Shown here: positions 9,704 to 19,161 of the stretch, piece by piece
How the letters are laid out: each line of letters begins with the position of its first letter
Numbering within the stretch: the first letter of the stretch is position 1
Notes under the pieces: model-generated
Seen by the model: the letters and a program-made list of their open reading frames with translations, nothing else
The model's database searches: none
What the model was told of the DNA's origin: nothing
Source: Intestinibacillus sp.
GTDB taxonomy: Bacteria > Bacillota > Clostridia > Oscillospirales > Butyricicoccaceae
Reading direction: 5' to 3'
NCBI GenBank assembly: GCA_963664255.1
Contig: OY760938.1
Coordinates: 1,975,638-2,039,637, forward strand
Length of the DNA: 64,000 nucleotides
Translations under genes and position numbers: made by a program

Positions 9704-11119
9704 ATGAGGACAGAACAGGATATGCTTGGGCAAGTGCAAATCCCCAAAAGTGCATATTATGGCATCCATACCGCGCGTGCGATGCAGAATTTTCCCATTA
9801 CGGGTGTGCCCATCCATGCGGAATTGGTGCACGCGATGGTGACCATCAAAAAAGCTGCCGCAAGCACAAATCGCAGCATTGGGGCACTGGAGGAGGATAT
9901 TGCACAGGCGATTATTGCGGCGTGTGATGAAATTTTGGACGGGGCACTTGCGGAGCAGTTTGTGGTGGACTGTATGCAGGGCGGCGCGGGTACCTCTGCT
10001 AACATGAATGTCAACGAGGTGCTTGCAAACCGCGCCCTTGAGCGGCTGGGCGGCGAAAAGGGAGATTACCAGCGGGTGCATCCGCTCGACCACGTGAATT
10101 TGCACCAGTCCACAAATGATGTGTTTCCTACGGCGGTGCGCATTGCGGCGATTCGCAGGCTGAAAACGGTTTCGGAACGGTTTGCGGAGCTGCAGACCGC
10201 CTTGCAGGAAAAAGAAGAGGCGTTTGCGGCGATTATCAAGGTCGGCAGAACCCAACTGCAGGATGCTGTGCCGGTGACACTGGGGCAGGAATTTGGCGCG
10301 TGGGCACAGGCGGTGGCGCGCGACCGTTGGCGGCTGTATAAAGCGGAAGAACGGCTGCGACAGGTCAACATCGGCGGGACGGCAATCGGCACCGGCAGCA
10401 ATGCCCCCAAAGCCTATATTTTCACCATGATTGAACGGCTGCGAGAGCTGACTGGTATTGGCTTGGCGCGTGCGGAATTCATGATGGACCCCACACAAAA
10501 TTGCGATGTGTTCGCTGAGGTTTCCGGACTGCTGAAAGCCGCGGCCATCAACCTTTCCAAAATCGCCAGCGATTTTCGGCTGCTGTCCTCCGGTCCGCGG
10601 GCAGGGCTTGGAGAACTGATTTTGCCCGCGGTGCAGGCAGGCTCTTCCATTATGCCAGGGAAGGTGAACCCTGTGATTTGCGAAGCGGTCAATCAAGCGG
10701 CGTTCCAAATCATGGCGGATGATTTGGCGATTACACTGGCGGCGCAGTCCGGTCAGCTGGAGCTGAATGCATTCTTGCCGCTGATTGCGAAAAATCTGCT
10801 GGAAATGCTGGATTTGCTCGCAAATATTTTGCCTGTATTTATCAAGCGATGTGTGCAGGGCATACAGGCAAATCCAGAAGTTTGTGCACAGCACGTGGAG
10901 GAAAGCTGCATTTTGGCAACGGCGCTGACGGGTGTGCTGGGATATGATAAAGCATCTGAAATTGTGAAAATATGCTTGGAAACAGGGGATAGTGTGCGTG
11001 AAGTGGTGCGTAAACAGCAGATTTTGGATGAAAAAACCTTGGAACAAATGCTAAAACCCGAAAGTCTGACAACCCCGCGGGCAACGCTTGAAAAGGAGCA
11101 TAGAAAATGGAGAATATGA
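9704..11119 (+). CDS. aspA: Aspartate ammonia-lyase (fumarase/aspartase family)
   Basis: GAGGAGGG precedes ATG 9704. MRTEQDMLGQVQIPKSAYYGIHTARAMQNFPITG, QGGAGTSANMNVNEVLAN and the GSSIMPGKVNPV signature match aspartase more closely than class II fumarase. Confidence 0.85.
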   Translation: MRTEQDMLGQVQIPKSAYYGIHTARAMQNFPITGVPIHAELVHAMVTIKKAAASTNRSIGALEEDIAQAIIAACDEILDGALAEQFVVDCMQGGAGTSANMNVNEVLANRALERLGGEKGDYQRVHPLDHVNLHQSTNDVFPTAVRIAAIRRLKTVSERFAELQTALQEKEEAFAAIIKVGRTQLQDAVPVTLGQEFGAWAQAVARDRWRLYKAEERLRQVNIGGTAIGTGSNAPKAYIFTMIERLRELTGIGLARAEFMMDPTQNCDVFAEVSGLLKAAAINLSKIASDFRLLSSGPRAGLGELILPAVQAGSSIMPGKVNPVICEAVNQAAFQIMADDLAITLAAQSGQLELNAFLPLIAKNLLEMLDLLANILPVFIKRCVQGIQANPEVCAQHVEESCILATALTGVLGYDKASEIVKICLETGDSVREVVRKQQILDEKTLEQMLKPESLTTPRATLEKEHRKWRI

Positions 11120-12351
11120 ACGCCACACCAATGGCGAATCGATTTGCGATTGGACTGTTTGGCAGGCGAAATGCAGGGAAATCCTCGCTCATCAATGCGC
11201 TGACGGGGCAGGACATTGCGGTGACCTCCCATGTGGCAGGCACGACAACCGACCCTGTGCACAAGGCGATGGAGCTGCTGCCCATCGGCCCTGTGGTGCT
11301 GATTGATACGGCGGGATTGGACGATGAGGGCGACCTTGGAAAGCTGCGCATGGAAAAAACCTATGAGGTGCTGCGCAAGTGCAATTTGGCACTGGTGGTG
11401 GTTGATGTCGAAATGGGGTTGACCCGATTTGAACGAGAATTTGCAGCGCAGCTGCTGCGCCGTAAAATTCCAGCGATTTGTGTCATCAATCAATGCGATA
11501 AACAAATGCCCGATGCACAAGCACGGCAGGAAATGGAGCAGCTGCTGAAAATTCCAGTGGTTTGTGCGAGTGCAAAAAACGGTGTGGGCATCGATGCGGT
11601 CAAAAAGCAAATTATCCAAAATGCCGCATATGAGGACGCAGAACCCGCCTTGGTGGGGGATTTGCTCCATGCAGGCGATGTGGCGGTACTCGTGACACCC
11701 ATCGACAAAGCTGCACCCAAGGGACGCTTGATTTTGCCGCAGCAGCAGACCATTCGCGACATTATCGAATGCGACGCGGTGGCGATGATTACCAAAGAGC
11801 ATGAGCTGAAACTGACCTTGGAGCAGCTCAAACAGCCGCCGGCAATCGTCATCACCGATTCACAGGCGTTTTTGAAGGTGTCAGCAGATACGCCGCCCGA
11901 AATTCCGATGACCTCGTTTTCCATTTTATTTGCCAGACAAAAGGCGGATTTGGCGGAAATGGTGCGCGGCATCAAGCGCATCGAACAGCTGACAGCCGGG
12001 GATAAGGTGCTGATTGTCGAGGGGTGCACGCATCACAGACAGTCGGATGACATCGGCACGGTGAAGATTCCGCGCTGGATTCGCCAGATTGCAGGCGGAG
12101 AAATTGAGTTTGAATGGGCGAGCGGTGCACAATATCCCAAGGATATTTCAGAATATGCAGTGATTATTCATTGCGGCGGCTGTATGCTCAACCGCAGAGA
12201 AATGCAGTATCGGGTCGAGATGGCGCGGGAACAGGGCGTTTATGTGACCAATTATGGTGTGCTCATTGCGTATGTGATGGGGATTTTGCCGCGGGCACTC
12301 AAGCCGTTTCCAGCGGCAAGTCTGGCATTGGAGCAAAACGGATTTTTATAA
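11107..12351 (+). CDS. hydF: [FeFe]-hydrogenase maturation GTPase HydF
   Basis: GTPase motifs are GRRNAGKSSLINALTG, DTAG and NQCD. The C-terminal FeS-ligand pattern is CTHH...HCGGC. AAGGAG lies 8 nt upstream, and the start overlaps the aspA stop (an alternative ATGA overlap is at 11116). Confidence 0.9.
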   Translation: MENMNATPMANRFAIGLFGRRNAGKSSLINALTGQDIAVTSHVAGTTTDPVHKAMELLPIGPVVLIDTAGLDDEGDLGKLRMEKTYEVLRKCNLALVVVDVEMGLTRFEREFAAQLLRRKIPAICVINQCDKQMPDAQARQEMEQLLKIPVVCASAKNGVGIDAVKKQIIQNAAYEDAEPALVGDLLHAGDVAVLVTPIDKAAPKGRLILPQQQTIRDIIECDAVAMITKEHELKLTLEQLKQPPAIVITDSQAFLKVSADTPPEIPMTSFSILFARQKADLAEMVRGIKRIEQLTAGDKVLIVEGCTHHRQSDDIGTVKIPRWIRQIAGGEIEFEWASGAQYPKDISEYAVIIHCGGCMLNRREMQYRVEMAREQGVYVTNYGVLIAYVMGILPRALKPFPAASLALEQNGFL

Positions 12352-12526
12352 GAACCGGTATGCATGGACGAAAATTGGGAAACAGGTATCGATTTTTTTG
12401 CTAGGAAATCCCCTTGGGGGACTCGGTGCGTTCCAAGATGTTTGAACACCGTCGCGACGTGGGCGTGATGGACAGTGTGGAGCCGGTAGCTGAACATATA
12501 CACGAGGAAAACATTGCATAGAAAAC

Positions 12527-12562
12527 GCATGAGGCGAACGACTTTCGCCGTCCGCCTCATGC
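12527..12562. terminator. Hairpin between convergent genes (possible bidirectional terminator)
   Basis: Stem GCATGAGGCG / CGCCTCATGC with an inner GGCGAA/TTCGCC pairing. The flanking U-tracts are weak. Confidence 0.4.
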
Positions 12563-12678
12563 ATAAAAGCTTGGTTTAAAATAATAAACACGTATTTGTC
12601 AATAAGCAAATACTATCTTCGAGGGATTTTGAAAAACCTTTCCCAAATGCATCCGTTCCCATCTTGGAATACAGTTTC

Positions 12679-12929
12679 TTACAGCTTCAAGGATTCTTCA
12701 ACCTGAAACATACTTCTAAATTCAGCGGTACCATCTTCCAGATAGAACATTCCCAATGTGCGACCGCTTTCCGCGCTATAGATATTCTTGAGCATTGGCA
12801 TTGCCTCTAGTGCAGCCTGTGCGATTGCTGGATTTGAATCGAACACAGCTTTGCCATAATAACGCAAAAAGCCTTTTCCATCGCTGGCGCAAATCTCGAT
12901 ATTGGGGTTTTCCTGTAATTGCCGATAGA
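12679..12929 (-). pseudogene. C-terminal part of a pyridoxamine-5'-phosphate-oxidase-like (PNPOx-fold) gene split by IS copy A
   Basis: Translation VYRQLQENPNIEICASDGKGFLRYYGKAVFDSNPAIAQAALEAMPMLKNIYSAESGRTLGMFYLEDGTAEFRSMFQVEESLKL continues in frame from the fragment at 14722-14871 once the IS is removed. Confidence 0.75.
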
Positions 12930-13319
12930 CCTCCCTATAATAACTAACGTTTTTCTCTGAAAATCTCGCGTTTTCTTAAAATTACGCCAAATTCAAAAGA
13001 GCGATTGCGAAGCAGCACTGCATCCAGTGCACCAAATCAGGGAAAATGGGCATGACAACCAAAGCGTCGCTTGTTTTGCGATATTTTGGCGATGGTAACC
13101 CACTTTTCCTGCGGCAGCAAACCTCCCATGTCTAACAGGGTCATTGCCCTAAATTCCTTCGTCCTGCCTGCCCGCAGATGGGTGTCAGCGATGCTCCTTT
13201 GCCGAGTCCTTGCTCTAATGGTGTAATGATGACTGACTACCTGCTCTTTTGTCTTTGAATTGCTTTGCTACATGACCTGGCTGTGACGCTTCCGGCGAGG
13301 TCATTGTGCGGTATTGCCC
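12930..13319 (-). ncRNA. Candidate bridge/seek RNA in the 390-nt 3' non-coding arm of IS copy A
   Basis: Same sequence as 41446-41835, apart from its flanking base context; see that entry. Confidence 0.4.
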
Positions 13320-14600
13320 TTAAGCTGCCATTGCTGCCGGACGGCGAATGTCCCCAAGCAACCGTACTGGATCATAGTCCTCATCTTTGGTCACAAGGGC
13401 GAAAAACACCCGAATCAGCTTGCAGCATAGCGCAATGAGCGATTGCTTTTTCTTCAGTGGATTGTCTTTGCGGCTCGTGTAGTATCCGTGGATTTCCCTA
13501 AATTCTTGATTTGTTGCTACCAGCGGCAGAATGGCGCGGAATAGTAGTGCCCGCAGGCGATGCCTGCCACGTTTGCTGATCCCGCTTTGCCCCCGGTGTT
13601 TACCGGAACTGTTTTCACGAATCGCGAGTCCGGCCAGTTTCTGAATCTGTTTTGGAGACTGGAAACGTCCCAAATCTCCAACCTCGGCAAAGAAACCAGC
13701 GATGGTGAGTAGTCCCACGCCCTTAATTGCGAGCAGTTTCAGTACCGACGGAATTTGCACGCATAGCTCTTCTACAAGCGCCATAACGCTGTCATATTGC
13801 GTATGCTTGGCATGATAGTCCTCCAGAAGCAACCGAATTTCCATGCGGGCGGCATTGCTACCCTCGGTGCAGCCCATGCTGTGTTTTGCCGCTTCGTACA
13901 GAGTCTGCGCTCTTTTCATTCCAACGGCCCGCAGCTTGTTTTTGCGCCATATCTGGTTGATTCCTTCTGCTCCTGTCTTGACGACATCTGCTGGCAATGG
14001 CATATTGCCTAGCACCAATAGGCTACTCTGTGCTTTGAAATCCCCAAACACCTCGTGATATTCAGGAAAGTAAATCTTGAGCCATCGCAGAATTCGGTTC
14101 TGGATTGACACCAGTTCCCGCACGATCCGCTCACGGCAGTTCATAGCGATACGCAGCTCCGCATACACCCCTTCCGGAATATATGGAACGTTATATCTTC
14201 CATCGATGACCAACTTGGCGATGGTTTTGGGGTCTTTGCTGTCTGTCTTGCTCGGATGATTATCATCCAGCTCCTTGCATTGCTTGACGTGATATGGATT
14301 GACCAGTACGAGCCGGATGTCTTGATTCTTCAGATATGACGCCAGGCTAAACCAGTAATGCCCTGTAGGCTCTGCGCCTACCATAATGTTGCTCTGTGTG
14401 GTCTCTCCAGACAAGCTTTTCATCCATGCCTGAAACTGTCCGAACCCTTCTCCATTGTTTGCGAAGCGAAACACACGACCCAGTTCCACGCCTCGCCAGT
14501 TAAATGCCCTGGCATAATGCGTTTCGCTGCCGATGTCCACTCCGATGACCATTGTCTCTGCTGTAACTTGACTTAACTTCTCATTTTGGGTAAAATTCAT
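13320..14600 (-). CDS. IS110-family DEDD transposase/recombinase
   Basis: 426 aa. The N-terminal RuvC-like block is VIGVDIGSETHYA, VGAEPTGHYW, KTDSKDPK.IAKL. The C-terminal block is IKGVGLLTIAGFFAEVGDLGRFQSPKQIQKLAGLAIRENSSGKHRGQSGISKRGRHRLR, typical of IS116/IS110/IS902 transposases. Confidence 0.9.
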   Translation of the reverse strand: MNFTQNEKLSQVTAETMVIGVDIGSETHYARAFNWRGVELGRVFRFANNGEGFGQFQAWMKSLSGETTQSNIMVGAEPTGHYWFSLASYLKNQDIRLVLVNPYHVKQCKELDDNHPSKTDSKDPKTIAKLVIDGRYNVPYIPEGVYAELRIAMNCRERIVRELVSIQNRILRWLKIYFPEYHEVFGDFKAQSSLLVLGNMPLPADVVKTGAEGINQIWRKNKLRAVGMKRAQTLYEAAKHSMGCTEGSNAARMEIRLLLEDYHAKHTQYDSVMALVEELCVQIPSVLKLLAIKGVGLLTIAGFFAEVGDLGRFQSPKQIQKLAGLAIRENSSGKHRGQSGISKRGRHRLRALLFRAILPLVATNQEFREIHGYYTSRKDNPLKKKQSLIALCCKLIRVFFALVTKDEDYDPVRLLGDIRRPAAMAA

Positions 14601-14721
14601 TTTGACGACCTCCGTTGTTTTTGAGTTGGGATTTCATCTGGCCAGATTTCATCCTCTCTATCCTAACCGGAGGTTGTCTTTTTTGCAATTCCCGTTTTTA
14701 CCCCTTACAGGAATGCTCCTT

Positions 14722-14871
14722 AAATGTACCTGCACCAAAATAAATCTTGCCCTCATATGCCATTTTGAACGAAAAAGGGCGGCATTTGGGCTGATTGCCG
14801 TCTACCGTGGTCACATAAAAAATCTGTGCCTTATCCAAGTATTCCAATACTTTTTCCATGTTTGTCATCAT
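14722..14871 (-). pseudogene. N-terminal part of the IS-split PNPOx-like gene
   Basis: GAGGAG RBS, then MMTNMEKVLEYLDKAQIFYVTTVDGNQPKCRPFSFKMAYEGKIYFGAGTFKE, running directly into the IS left end. Confidence 0.75.
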
Positions 14872-14992
14872 TTTTTCTCCTCATGCATTTCATTTGACAA
14901 TCGCCAGTAAGTAAATTATACGATATATCAGAATGAAATCAAGTACGCAGTTTGGCCTGACATAGTTAGACGCAACTTACCGAAAGGATACC

Positions 14993-15313
14993 ATGATTGA
15001 AAATAAGTACAAAAACTGTCCCGTGCACCAAGGGCTTTCTATTTTTGAAGGCAAATGGAATGCTGTTGTGTTGTTTGAACTCATCTTCCAATCACCCTTG
15101 CGTTTTGGACAGCTGCGCAAGGCATTGCCCAGCATCTCCAACACCATGCTCGCCTCTACCTTAAAAGGACTGGAGGCACTGGGGCTTGTAGAACGCAAGC
15201 AGTTTAATGAGATACCACCTCACGTGGAATATTCTCTGAGCGAAAGCGGAAAACAACTGATTCCTATTTTTGAATCGCTTGGCGAATGGAGCACGCAGCA
15301 TCTCAAGCCATAA
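14993..15313 (+). CDS. HxlR-family winged-helix transcriptional regulator
   Basis: CPVHQGLSIFEGKWNAVVLFEL...RFGQLRKALPSISNTMLASTLKGLEALGLVERKQF...VEYSLSESG is the classic HxlR pattern. Divergent from the PNPOx-like gene. Confidence 0.85.
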   Translation: MIENKYKNCPVHQGLSIFEGKWNAVVLFELIFQSPLRFGQLRKALPSISNTMLASTLKGLEALGLVERKQFNEIPPHVEYSLSESGKQLIPIFESLGEWSTQHLKP

Positions 15314-15472
15314 CCACTCTATCGATGCACGCCATATCCGCGAAGCATCTTTTTTGCAAATCTTTTAGGTTGTGAGGTTGTCCAATGCCCATCCATAGCG
15401 TATACTGTAAAGGATAGGAAAACGCTTGCGCAGTCCACCGCCGATGACAGGTATATATGAGGTGAAAATGCG

Positions 15473-15976
15473 ATGTATGATGAATTAACCGCGGTTGATA
15501 TACAAAAAATGCAGGAAGAAATCGACCATCGGGTGCAGGTTTTGCGTCCGCAGATTTTAGAGGATGTCAAGACCGCGCGTGCCTTTGGCGATTTGAGTGA
15601 AAATTTCGAATATAAGGCAGCAAAGCGGGAAAAAAACCGCAATGACAGCCGTATTCGCTATCTGGAAAACATGATAAAAACCGCAAAAGTCATAGAGGTG
15701 GCATCCAAAGCGGGTGAAATCGGTTTGTTTGACAAGGTAGAGCTTTATTTTGAAGAAGAGGATGAAACCCAAACCATCCAAATTGTCACCACGCTGCGCC
15801 AAAATTCGCTCAATGGCTTGATTAGCAAGGAATCTCCGCTCGGCAAAGCAGTGATGGGACATCGCGTGGGGGAACGGGTTTGTGTGCAGGTCAATGCCAC
15901 ATATCAGTATGATGTGCTCATCCGTTCGGTGGAAACCGGCACAGATGATGCTTCCTTGCCCATTAGTGCCTATTGA
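15473..15976 (+). CDS. greA: Transcription elongation factor GreA family
   Basis: An N-terminal coiled coil carries the acidic tip GDLSENFEYKAAK, followed by a C-terminal FKBP-like domain. Confidence 0.85.
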   Translation: MYDELTAVDIQKMQEEIDHRVQVLRPQILEDVKTARAFGDLSENFEYKAAKREKNRNDSRIRYLENMIKTAKVIEVASKAGEIGLFDKVELYFEEEDETQTIQIVTTLRQNSLNGLISKESPLGKAVMGHRVGERVCVQVNATYQYDVLIRSVETGTDDASLPISAY

Positions 15977-16042
15977 GCACCTGTATTCGCGCAAAGGATG
16001 AAAGAAAAACGCACACGATGTGTGACGATAGGAGGCATTTTT

Positions 16043-17521
16043 TTGAAACAGTTTGATTTAGTGATTGTAGGCAGCGGTGCAGGATTGATGGTGATGGAGG
16101 CTGCACTGAGCAAAGGTTTGCGCTGTGCCATCATTGAAAAAGCCAAATTTGGTGGCACTTGCTTGACAAAAGGCTGTATCCCCTCCAAAATGTTGGTATA
16201 TCCTGCCGATTTCATACGCGAAGCGCAAGCGTCTGCACGCATTGGCATCACGGTGGGTACACCTTCCTTTGATTGGGATAAGATTTCCAACCGAATGTGG
16301 GAGCAAATCAATTTTCACCAAAAGATTGAAAAAAATCTGCTGCATACCCCCAATTTAACCATCTATAAAGGGGTTGGTGCATTTGTTGGTGCAAACAGTA
16401 TGGTGGTTTCATGTGAAGGCAAGCCGGACGAAACCCTTACGGCAGATAAATTTATCATTGCAGCAGGTGCCCGAACCTTCGTACCACCTGTGGATGGCTT
16501 AGAACGCGCAGGATATGTGACCTCCGAAACCTTTTTTGGCGAAAAATTTCCGAAAAAGCCGTGGAAGAGCCTTGCAATTTTGGGTTCCGGTACAATCAGT
16601 GCCGAGTTTGCACATATTTTCTCTGCATTTGGCACAAAAGTCACCATTATTGCACGGTCAGAACGCATTTTAACCAAGGAAGAAGCGGAAATTTCAGAAT
16701 TTGTCGGCAAGCAATTCGTGGAAAACGGCATCGATTTGCGGACAAACAGCGCAGTGCTTGCGGTGTCCACCGATGGCACAACCAAATATATCACCACAGA
16801 AAATAAAATCACCAAACAGCAGACCGTTGTGGAATGTGAAGAAATTTTTGTGGCTTCCGGTGTGCAGTCCAATGGGGATTTGCTGGCATTGGAGCAGGCA
16901 GGTGTGGCAGTGGACAAGCACGGCTGGATTGTCACCAATGCCTATTTGGAAACCTCCAATCCACATATTTGGGCGTTGGGTGATATTAACGGCAAATATC
17001 AATTACGGCACAAAGCAAACTATGAAGCACAGATTTTGGTGCAAAATCTGTTTGGTGAGGAATCCAAAAAAGAGGTGCGCTATGATGCCGTTCCCTGGAC
17101 GGTTTTCACCCATCCGCAGGTGGCGCACTTGGGTATGACCGAGCGAGAGGTGCAGGAACAGGGCATTCCCTATAAAATGGCGCGCAATTATTATTCTGAA
17201 GTTGTGGGCGGCAGAGCCATGGGGTATCACAAGGAAGATGCTGACAACGGCTTTGTAAAAATGATTATCGGCGAAAACAAAAAAATTCTCGGCGTCCATA
17301 TTGTAGGACCACAGGCCGCCGTGCTGCTGCAGCCGTTTGTTTATCTCATCAACGCCGGATACCAGTGCAAAAAGCACGCGCAGTCCTTGCACGAAAACGA
17401 GATTGACGCGCTTCGTATGATGTGTCCCAATCTTGGCACATATGCACCCATCAATGATTCCATGGTAATTCATCCATCCCTCAGCGAACTGACCGCATGG
17501 GTGTTTGAAAAATTGGGCTGA
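16043..17521 (+). CDS. Dihydrolipoyl-dehydrogenase-family pyridine nucleotide-disulfide oxidoreductase
   Basis: TTG 16043 follows AGGAGG. Motifs are VIVGSGAGL (FAD), the redox-active GGTCLTKGCIPSK, a second GSGTISAEFA dinucleotide fold, and C-terminal HPSLSE. The track start at 15998 is rejected. Confidence 0.8.
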   Translation: MKQFDLVIVGSGAGLMVMEAALSKGLRCAIIEKAKFGGTCLTKGCIPSKMLVYPADFIREAQASARIGITVGTPSFDWDKISNRMWEQINFHQKIEKNLLHTPNLTIYKGVGAFVGANSMVVSCEGKPDETLTADKFIIAAGARTFVPPVDGLERAGYVTSETFFGEKFPKKPWKSLAILGSGTISAEFAHIFSAFGTKVTIIARSERILTKEEAEISEFVGKQFVENGIDLRTNSAVLAVSTDGTTKYITTENKITKQQTVVECEEIFVASGVQSNGDLLALEQAGVAVDKHGWIVTNAYLETSNPHIWALGDINGKYQLRHKANYEAQILVQNLFGEESKKEVRYDAVPWTVFTHPQVAHLGMTEREVQEQGIPYKMARNYYSEVVGGRAMGYHKEDADNGFVKMIIGENKKILGVHIVGPQAAVLLQPFVYLINAGYQCKKHAQSLHENEIDALRMMCPNLGTYAPINDSMVIHPSLSELTAWVFEKLG

Positions 17522-17564
17522 AGCAGCTCCTCCCGCTTGCATTGTTGCCGTCAAAAAAAAAGCA

Positions 17565-17606
17565 AACACCTCGAAAAAGTGGTAAAACCAACGATTTCGA
17601 GGTGTT
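17565..17606. terminator. Bidirectional hairpin terminator
   Basis: Stem AACACCTCGAAA / TTTCGAGGTGTT, with an A-run on one side and a T-run on the other. It lies between the oxidoreductase (+) and the tRNA pair (-). Confidence 0.7.
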
Positions 17607-17612
17607 TTCATT

Positions 17613-17698
17613 TGGTGCAGATGGGGGGACTTGAACCCCCACGTCCTTGCGAACACTAGCACCTGAAGCTAGCGCGTCTGCCATTCCGCCACATCTGC
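17613..17698 (-). tRNA. tRNA-Leu (anticodon CAG)
   Basis: The reverse complement GCAGATGTGGCGGAATGGCAGACGCGCTAGCTTCAGGTGCTAG...GGGGGTTCAAGTCCCCCCATCTGCACCA folds as a cloverleaf with a long variable arm. The anticodon loop is TTCAGGT. Confidence 0.9.
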
Positions 17699-17724
17699 AT
17701 ATTCACTTTTTCGCTGATGTTTTT

Positions 17725-17809
17725 TGGTGCGAGTGACGGGACTTGAACCCGTACGCCATATAGCACACGCCCCTCAAACGTGCCTGTCTACCAGTTCCAG
17801 CACACTCGC
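17725..17809 (-). tRNA. tRNA-Leu (anticodon GAG)
   Basis: The reverse complement is GCGAGTGTGCTGGAACTGGTAGACAGGCACGTTTGAGGGGCGTG...ACGGGTTCAAGTCCCGTCACTCGCACCA. The anticodon loop is TTGAGGG and there is a long variable arm. Confidence 0.85.
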
Positions 17810-18031
17810 AAAGTTCTTTTTTCGCGTTGCTCTTGAATCAGCTTCTTTATTATATCAAGCACATATGCATTTGTCAACAAAAAAATAAAAGTTTAAAAAA
17901 AATATAATCCTCTCGTTTATACATACAGGTGCTTGGCCTATTGACAAGCGGTAAGCTGCCTGCTATATTAATAATTAGCATGCTAACAGTTTGCATGACA
18001 GAAGAAGACAAACAGAAGGGACGCATTTTTT

Positions 18032-18463
18032 ATGGACAACAGCTTTCACTATCAACTGATGCTTGTGCACGCACTGTTTCGCGCGCGTGTGATGGAGCAC
18101 TTGGCAGATGCCGGTCTTTCTCCCGGGCAACCCAAAATTCTGGATTATCTGCGTCGACATGATGGCAGTATGCAGAAGGAAATTGCGTATGCGTGTCAAA
18201 TTGAGCCGGCAACCATGACCGGTCTTTTGCGCAGAATGGAAGAAAAAGGACTGCTTACGCGGCAGATACGTCCGGAAAACCGCCGCACCTGCTACATTTC
18301 CTTAACTGCGCGCGGGCGGGAGAAATGCAAACGGGTCGAACAAACCTTTTTGGCATTGGAAGAGAGCGTTTTCACCGGAATTTCTGCGCAGGAGCGCACC
18401 CAATTCCAAAACACACTCACCAAAATTTGCGCAAATATGACGGACATAAGAGGGCTGCAATGA
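18032..18463 (+). CDS. MarR-family transcriptional regulator
   Basis: 143 aa with a winged-helix core: GLSPGQPKILDYLRRHDGSMQKEIAYACQIEPATMTGLLRRMEEKGLLTRQIRPENRR. Confidence 0.85.
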   Translation: MDNSFHYQLMLVHALFRARVMEHLADAGLSPGQPKILDYLRRHDGSMQKEIAYACQIEPATMTGLLRRMEEKGLLTRQIRPENRRTCYISLTARGREKCKRVEQTFLALEESVFTGISAQERTQFQNTLTKICANMTDIRGLQ

Positions 18464-19155
18464 ACACCATCGAACGATTCAAACGCTATGTCGTTTTTTT
18501 ACTGGGTCTTTTTTTCTGTGCTTTTGGCATTAGCTTTGTCACCAAAGCCAGCTTGGGCACATCACCGATTTCCAGCATCACCTACACCTTAAGCCTTGCC
18601 TATACGCCGACATTGGGACAATTTACATTGTATATGAGCATTGTACTCATCATTTTGCAGCTTTTGATGCTGCGCAAAGCGTTTCCAAAGGAATATCTGC
18701 TGCAAATTCCGCTATCTTTTCTGTTTTCCTATTTTATTGACTTGACCATGCAGCTGCTCGCTGCCATCGCCCTGCACACCTATCTTGCCAAGGTGCTGTT
18801 TTTGCTGATTGGATGCGTGATTTTGGGGGTGGGCATCTTCTTAGAGGTGCTTGCGGATGTGGTGATGCTGCCAGGGGAATCCTTCGTGAAGGTGGTGTCT
18901 GACACCTTTCACACCGATTTTGGGCACACAAAAGTAGCATTTGACTCCTCTATGACCATCATCGCAACCATTATGGGTCTTCTTCTGCTGCACAAGCTGG
19001 CAGGCGTGCGGGAGGGCACGGTTGTGGCGTCTGTGCTGATTGGCTCCACGGCACGGTTTTGCATACAGCGGTTTGGCTTTGTGCGCACATATCTCTTTCA
19101 GCCGCTGCATCACCCCAAAAAGCCATGTCCGCAGACAGACCGCGTTTCCTTATAA
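18460..19155 (+). CDS. Multi-pass membrane protein, YczE/YitT-like
   Basis: ATGA overlap with the marR stop. MNTIERFKRYVVFLLGLFFCAFGISFVTKASLGTSPISS is followed by several hydrophobic helices. The track start at 18325 is rejected. Confidence 0.65.
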   Translation: MNTIERFKRYVVFLLGLFFCAFGISFVTKASLGTSPISSITYTLSLAYTPTLGQFTLYMSIVLIILQLLMLRKAFPKEYLLQIPLSFLFSYFIDLTMQLLAAIALHTYLAKVLFLLIGCVILGVGIFLEVLADVVMLPGESFVKVVSDTFHTDFGHTKVAFDSSMTIIATIMGLLLLHKLAGVREGTVVASVLIGSTARFCIQRFGFVRTYLFQPLHHPKKPCPQTDRVSL

Positions 19156-19161
19156 GAAGCC

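Larger units (their letters stand above)
12930..14721 (-). mobile_element. IS110-family insertion sequence, copy A (1792 bp)
   Basis: Same 1792-bp unit as 40044-41835 and 60509-62300. No terminal inverted repeats. Flanked by AAGGAG (left junction) and GGAGG (right junction). Interrupts a PNPOx-like gene. Confidence 0.9.

Noticed and set aside
9674-11802. 457-aa and 349-aa minus-strand ORFs antisense to aspA and hydF
   Set aside because: The plus-strand genes carry unambiguous family signatures (GSSIMPGKVNP; P-loop plus CxH...HCGGC). The antisense products are His/Arg/Gln-rich with no motifs, which is typical of high-GC shadow ORFs.
13797-14576. Sets of 60-72-aa ORFs antisense to the transposase, repeated at all three IS copies
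   Set aside because: Their triple occurrence only reflects IS copy number. They lie fully inside the transposase gene on the opposite strand and have no start signals.
17003-17684. 219-aa and 67-aa minus-strand ORFs overlapping the oxidoreductase 3' end and a tRNA gene
   Set aside because: They run antisense to a well-supported gene and across a terminator and tRNA-Leu, so they are not plausible coding sequence.
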